Source: Chloroflexota bacterium
GTDB lineage: Bacteria; Chloroflexota; Dehalococcoidia; SZUA-161; SpSt-899
Reading direction: 5' to 3'
DNA length: 26,187 bases
Assembly (NCBI GenBank): GCA_018725455.1
Contig: QLUN01000001.1
Location: forward strand, 1-26,187
Both the position numbers and the translations under genes were made by a program. Below, in pieces: positions 22,972 to 26,187 of the stretch; the first letter of the stretch is position 1; every line of letters begins with the position of its first letter. The notes beneath the pieces are model-generated. The model was given only the letters and a program-made list of their open reading frames with translations, searched no databases and was not told the origin of the DNA.

Positions 22972-23967
22972 TTAGGCAACCAATGTGATCGCCCAACTTT
23001 TGGTACCCTCCTTGCGGAAGGACTCCATCTTTTCCTCAGAGAGTGTCACTCGTGCGATCAAAGACGGGTCTTTGATGCCCGACTCATTGAGTACGGCCAG
23101 CACTTCAGCCTGAAGCGCCTTGACTGCCTCAGCCATGTCCACCGCGCCCTTTCTGGCACTCTCTGTTGCCCGAACCTTATCGATCTCAACCTTCGGCTCG
23201 CCCGATTTTTTTGCATAGCCGATAATCAAATCTCGGCTTGCATTCATCACATCCGTCTCTCTTTCAATTATTAGCTTGCTGGAGCGGTAGGCTTCTGCCG
23301 CATTCAGCACTTCCACCGGGATTTTTCGACCGCACTTCACCTCATCCCAGAAGCGAAGATGTAGGGGGATGAGTCCCTCGGCCATACGCCGAAGCGCGTC
23401 GTTTCGAGCACTAATAACCGCGAGAACCGTCTCGCCCTCGCGATGGTTTACGAAGTGAATCTCCCGAGACAAATCCCACGCTTCCGGTCGCCCCCATGCG
23501 GTAATTGCCTGATGAACAATCTGCGGGAAGTAGTAAGGCACAACGCGCCCTTCTTTTGCCATCCGGTGAACATCGGCATTGGCGACCTTGATCTCCAAGA
23601 GAACATCAAGCTCCAGATCAGCGCCGTCGAAAGACGATCGAATGATCGGAAACTCATCCATCTCACCAAAAATTGGTGAAGTGAGGATTCCGGTGGTTTT
23701 TTCGTGCCATTGCTTGATGATCGGCTCAAGTTCCTTGCCTCGCCGCATTGCGAAACTCTCCTTGAACTCCCTCTTCTCCCCTTGCTTCTCCCGAACCAGC
23801 GCTGGGTAGTCCCGCTGCCAACTCGCAGCATCTGAGGATGAAAGCAGCCCTCCTTGAAAAGCTATCGTTGCCGCATCGGAGCCGCCGATACCACCGGATC
23901 GCCAGTGGTGCCAACGGGCACTGTCAGGCGAGCCTGACTCCGTCAATTCAAAATGAACGTGCTTCAT
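22972..23967 (-). CDS. YqaJ-like (lambda-exonuclease family) recombination exonuclease (331 aa)
   Basis: W...RSGGIGGSDAA; MRRGKELEP; RSSFDG; LLEIK; YYFPQIVHQ; AGGAGG RBS before ATG 23967. Confidence 0.92.
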   Translation of the reverse strand: MKHVHFELTESGSPDSARWHHWRSGGIGGSDAATIAFQGGLLSSSDAASWQRDYPALVREKQGEKREFKESFAMRRGKELEPIIKQWHEKTTGILTSPIFGEMDEFPIIRSSFDGADLELDVLLEIKVANADVHRMAKEGRVVPYYFPQIVHQAITAWGRPEAWDLSREIHFVNHREGETVLAVISARNDALRRMAEGLIPLHLRFWDEVKCGRKIPVEVLNAAEAYRSSKLIIERETDVMNASRDLIIGYAKKSGEPKVEIDKVRATESARKGAVDMAEAVKALQAEVLAVLNESGIKDPSLIARVTLSEEKMESFRKEGTKSWAITLVA

Positions 23968-24003
23968 TAAGCCTCCTATCCCCGGCAAAGCGCCGGTAGG
24001 GGG

Positions 24004-24033
24004 GTTGCTTAGAGCGTCAAAAAATAGTGTTGC
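24004..24033 (-). promoter_or_regulatory. GCAACA-N18-AGCAAC element, copy 13
   Basis: 61 nt from ATG 23967; hairpin 23982-23996. Confidence 0.78.
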
Positions 24034-24046
24034 GTGATGAAACGAC

Positions 24047-24076
24047 GCAACAACTTACGCATAGATTCAGATCAAC
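24047..24076 (+). promoter_or_regulatory. GCAACA-N18-ATCAAC element, copy 14
   Basis: 64 nt from ATG 24116; hairpin 24082-24101. Confidence 0.78.
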
Positions 24077-24115
24077 CCTTCTTGCCGCACTGACGCGGTA
24101 ATGTGGGAGTTTCAG

Positions 24116-24625
24116 ATGGAATCAAAGCATGGTTCCGCGCTTTCGGGTGGTGTCTGGGAGCTTGCGGAAGACGAGGATAGGTCAATTCCAAAAAGTCGAT
24201 CCGAAGCAATAAGGGAAGCGTGCGAGGATAGAGAGCCAGAAACTCGGCTTCTTGCCGAGATCATTGCTTTAGCAGTGGAGGACTTAGAGGTAATCGAAGC
24301 AACAAAAGGTTTTGCAATCGAAGTTAGTGACGACCTGCGGTTAAGCGCAGTGAGTTCAGCAACCTTCTTTATAAAGGGCGTTGCCGGAGAGTATATGAAG
24401 CTGATTGGCATCGAATCAGTACTGCCACAGCTTAAGGCAAGGTCAATTGGTGTCCTTGGTGCGCTTGGCCCCGGATGGTCGCATCTCTCAAAGCTAAAAG
24501 ACGATAAGGCGAATCAGCGGATTTTCAAAGCGCTTGGTATTGCTAGGCGGCCCATTGATCGCATGGATGCGCCAGCTAGCGCAAGATCAGGAATGAGAAA
24601 CAAGCTGGTTGTCAGTCTTGTATAA
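24116..24625 (+). CDS. Hypothetical protein (169 aa)
   Basis: GGGAG RBS before ATG 24116; helical core PETRLLAEIIALAVEDL...SATFF. Confidence 0.72.
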   Translation: MESKHGSALSGGVWELAEDEDRSIPKSRSEAIREACEDREPETRLLAEIIALAVEDLEVIEATKGFAIEVSDDLRLSAVSSATFFIKGVAGEYMKLIGIESVLPQLKARSIGVLGALGPGWSHLSKLKDDKANQRIFKALGIARRPIDRMDAPASARSGMRNKLVVSLV

Positions 24626-24646
24626 AGCCCCTAATCTGTATCGTAT

Positions 24647-24720
24647 AAAAACCCTGCCCTGAAAGCCAGAGCAGGGTTTTCTTTTGCAAAAAAAAAGAAA
24701 CCCCGCATTTGCGGGGTTTC
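24647..24720. terminator. Two adjacent terminators, one for each convergent gene
   Basis: AAAACCCTGC...GCAGGGTTTT with a following T-tract (+); GAAACCCCGC-attt-GCGGGGTTTC with A9 on the left (-). Confidence 0.88.
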
Positions 24721-24760
24721 TGAGTGCTTCAAAAGGTTCGCAAGAACGAATCAGTACGGA

Positions 24761-25117
24761 TCAGTACGGATCAGACTCATCACTCTCAAGCTCTTCCGTG
24801 CCTGAAGACTTCGGTGAGAGATAGGCGATCGAAGATGCAACCACCTTAACGGAGGTTCTCTCCTTGCCCTCTTTGTCGGTATATTGTTCTACAACCAAGT
24901 GGCCTGAAACACCGAGTCGATCACCCTTCTTGATGGCTGCCAATCGCTCACCCTGCCCACCCCAAGCTTCGACGTTGAGCCAGAGCGGCTCCCTATCCTT
25001 GCCATTACTCACGGCAACGCGCACTTTTGACACCGCCTTGTCGACGCCAACCCTTGAACTGGTGGCGTCGCCACCTGCATTTCCATAAAAACTGTAGTTG
25101 TTGTTGAAACGTGACAT
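24761..25117 (-). CDS. ssb: Single-stranded DNA-binding protein (118 aa)
   Basis: GNAGGD, WLNVEAWG, KKGD..GVSGHL....YTDKEG; acidic tail ESDESDPY; GGAG RBS before ATG 25117. Confidence 0.92.
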   Translation of the reverse strand: MSRFNNNYSFYGNAGGDATSSRVGVDKAVSKVRVAVSNGKDREPLWLNVEAWGGQGERLAAIKKGDRLGVSGHLVVEQYTDKEGKERTSVKVVASSIAYLSPKSSGTEELESDESDPY

Positions 25118-25154
25118 TTCTTGCTCCGGTGAGATCCGAAATTGGATCAGGGTA

Positions 25155-25184
25155 TTTGCAGCTTGAAAAAAATAACCGTGTTGC
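25155..25184 (-). promoter_or_regulatory. GCAACA-N18-TGCAAA element, copy 15
   Basis: 62 nt from ATG 25117; hairpin 25133-25148. Confidence 0.72.
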
Positions 25185-25408
25185 GCGTGCGTATGGCATG
25201 GGCTACCCTTTGAAAGCCATGCCATCCGTCTATCAGATTCCATCTTTTTCTACCTTGCAATGCCTTTTCATGCGGGATCGAGTCTTCGCCGTTAGCGGCG
25301 ATGTGATCTCCATGATAGAACCGCAGCCCTGCGCCAAAAGCGGCCAGCGTCATTGGCTAAAAACCAAGCCCAAGCAACCCAACACAAATCTTAGGACGAT
25401 CACCAAAA

Positions 25409-26187
25409 ATGACCACCAGTAGACGAGCGGAGGCTATCACTCTTGGTGTCCGGTTCCTTGCGGGAGCAGCGCTGTCAGCGATGGCTTGGTTGCATGTCGG
25501 AAATTTAGCGCTGCTGATCCTATTTCCTGTTGGCCTGGCGATGGCTACTCGCCGCCGTGAAGCATTTGCCTTCGTTTTTGGGTACTTCTCATTCAACAGT
25601 GCAGAGATACCATCAATCATGCTTCGCTTTTTCGACGGTGAATGGGTCACTCTAGCCGTGCTCGCTCCAATCGTGCTGACTGTCATCTTATCGGCACCGT
25701 TTCTTCTCACGGGGAAAGGTTCAGCGTTGAAGCGATCGACTGGTGCGCTGCTGGCCTTCTTGCTCATCACCCTTCCGGGAATCGGTTTCGTCGGGTGGCT
25801 CAATCCCCTGTTTGCGGCAGCCATGCTCTACCCAAGCCTCGGAGCCATTGGGATTGGTTTGTGCATCATCACCTTTTCATTCATTGCCGGCCAGAACATT
25901 ACAACGCGCAGGGGTGCGGGCCTTCTCCTTCTATCACTTGCGCCAGCCCTCTTCATCAACGTGTGGGCAGTCGCACAGCTAAAAGAGCGCCCTGCCATCT
26001 TCGGTGTTTACGCAATCAACACTGATCTCGGAAAGCCCTCTGGAACCCCTGAGTACCGTGAGATAGTAACGGCTGAGATCGCCCGGAGGGTGGAGGCTCA
26101 CACCGGCGAAGGCTTCGATCTGGTCATTTTTCCCGAATCGATCCTACACGACGTCTCCGCAGTGGACGAAGTGATGCTCATGCCAGT
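25409..26187 (+). CDS. Lnt-like (apolipoprotein N-acyltransferase-like) conjugal transfer membrane protein of TraB/TraX type, partial
   Basis: Own translation (absent from the track because no stop is in the window): multi-TM N-terminus, GFVGWLNPLFAAAMLYP, then LVIFPES. Confidence 0.75.
   Translation, partial: MTTSRRAEAITLGVRFLAGAALSAMAWLHVGNLALLILFPVGLAMATRRREAFAFVFGYFSFNSAEIPSIMLRFFDGEWVTLAVLAPIVLTVILSAPFLLTGKGSALKRSTGALLAFLLITLPGIGFVGWLNPLFAAAMLYPSLGAIGIGLCIITFSFIAGQNITTRRGAGLLLLSLAPALFINVWAVAQLKERPAIFGVYAINTDLGKPSGTPEYREIVTAEIARRVEAHTGEGFDLVIFPESILHDVSAVDEVMLMP

Noticed and set aside
24751-24770. 10-bp direct duplication (TCAGTACGGA x2) at the ssb stop
   Set aside because: Real but does not change the protein; most likely slippage.
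420-25184. Reading the GCAACA element as sigma54 (-24/-12) or as an HrpX PIP box
   Set aside because: No TGGCAC-N5-TTGC in the gene-facing orientation and no TTCG-N16-TTCG spacing.
25111-25422. Track ORFs 25111..25422 (+) and 25147..25353 (-)
   Set aside because: They overlap the ssb start/promoter, lack an RBS and have no recognisable protein features.
403-26025. Numerous antisense or alternate-frame track ORFs (e.g. 1830..2678, 13701..14285, 14997..15530, 25357..25824)
   Set aside because: Shadows of better-supported genes on the other strand or frame; no RBS or family motifs.

Overview
Backbone/accessory segment of a large, probably conjugative, proteobacterial plasmid or plasmid-like element. 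The host cannot be determined, although csrA points to a gammaproteobacterial-type context. No rRNA, tRNA, CRISPR array or IS was found. From left to right it encodes a Cre-like tyrosine recombinase in an operon with csrA and a KfrA_N/TnpT-like coiled-coil protein, a DUF4326-SLOG fusion, DsbC, an internally deleted PilT/DotB-type ATPase, a stand-alone HDOD protein, a Toprim primase fused to an RSF1010-RepA-like helicase, H-NS, a 1615-aa DarB-like methyltransferase/SNF2 helicase, a tandem-DUF1071 (Sak3-like) annealase, a secreted thermonuclease-Excalibur protein, a YqaJ exonuclease, SSB, about 15 small hypothetical proteins, and the start of an Lnt-like TraB/TraX-type transfer gene. Two non-coding systems stand out. 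(1) Fifteen copies of a bipartite motif, GCAACA-N18-(A/G/T)(G/T)CA(A/T)(T/C), lie on both strands, always facing a gene, and 14 of them sit 61-70 nt from its start codon. Most are followed 5-8 nt later by a short GC hairpin and then the RBS. This looks like a dedicated regulon whose sigma factor or activator is not in the window. (2) A 34-bp lox-like site at 3298-3331 (13-8-13 layout, 22/34 identical to loxP) lies upstream of the Cre-like recombinase operon, suggesting an uncharacterised Cre/lox-type resolution system. Many start codons were moved from the ORF track using RBS and motif position. All protein family calls are from motif recognition by eye, not database searches.
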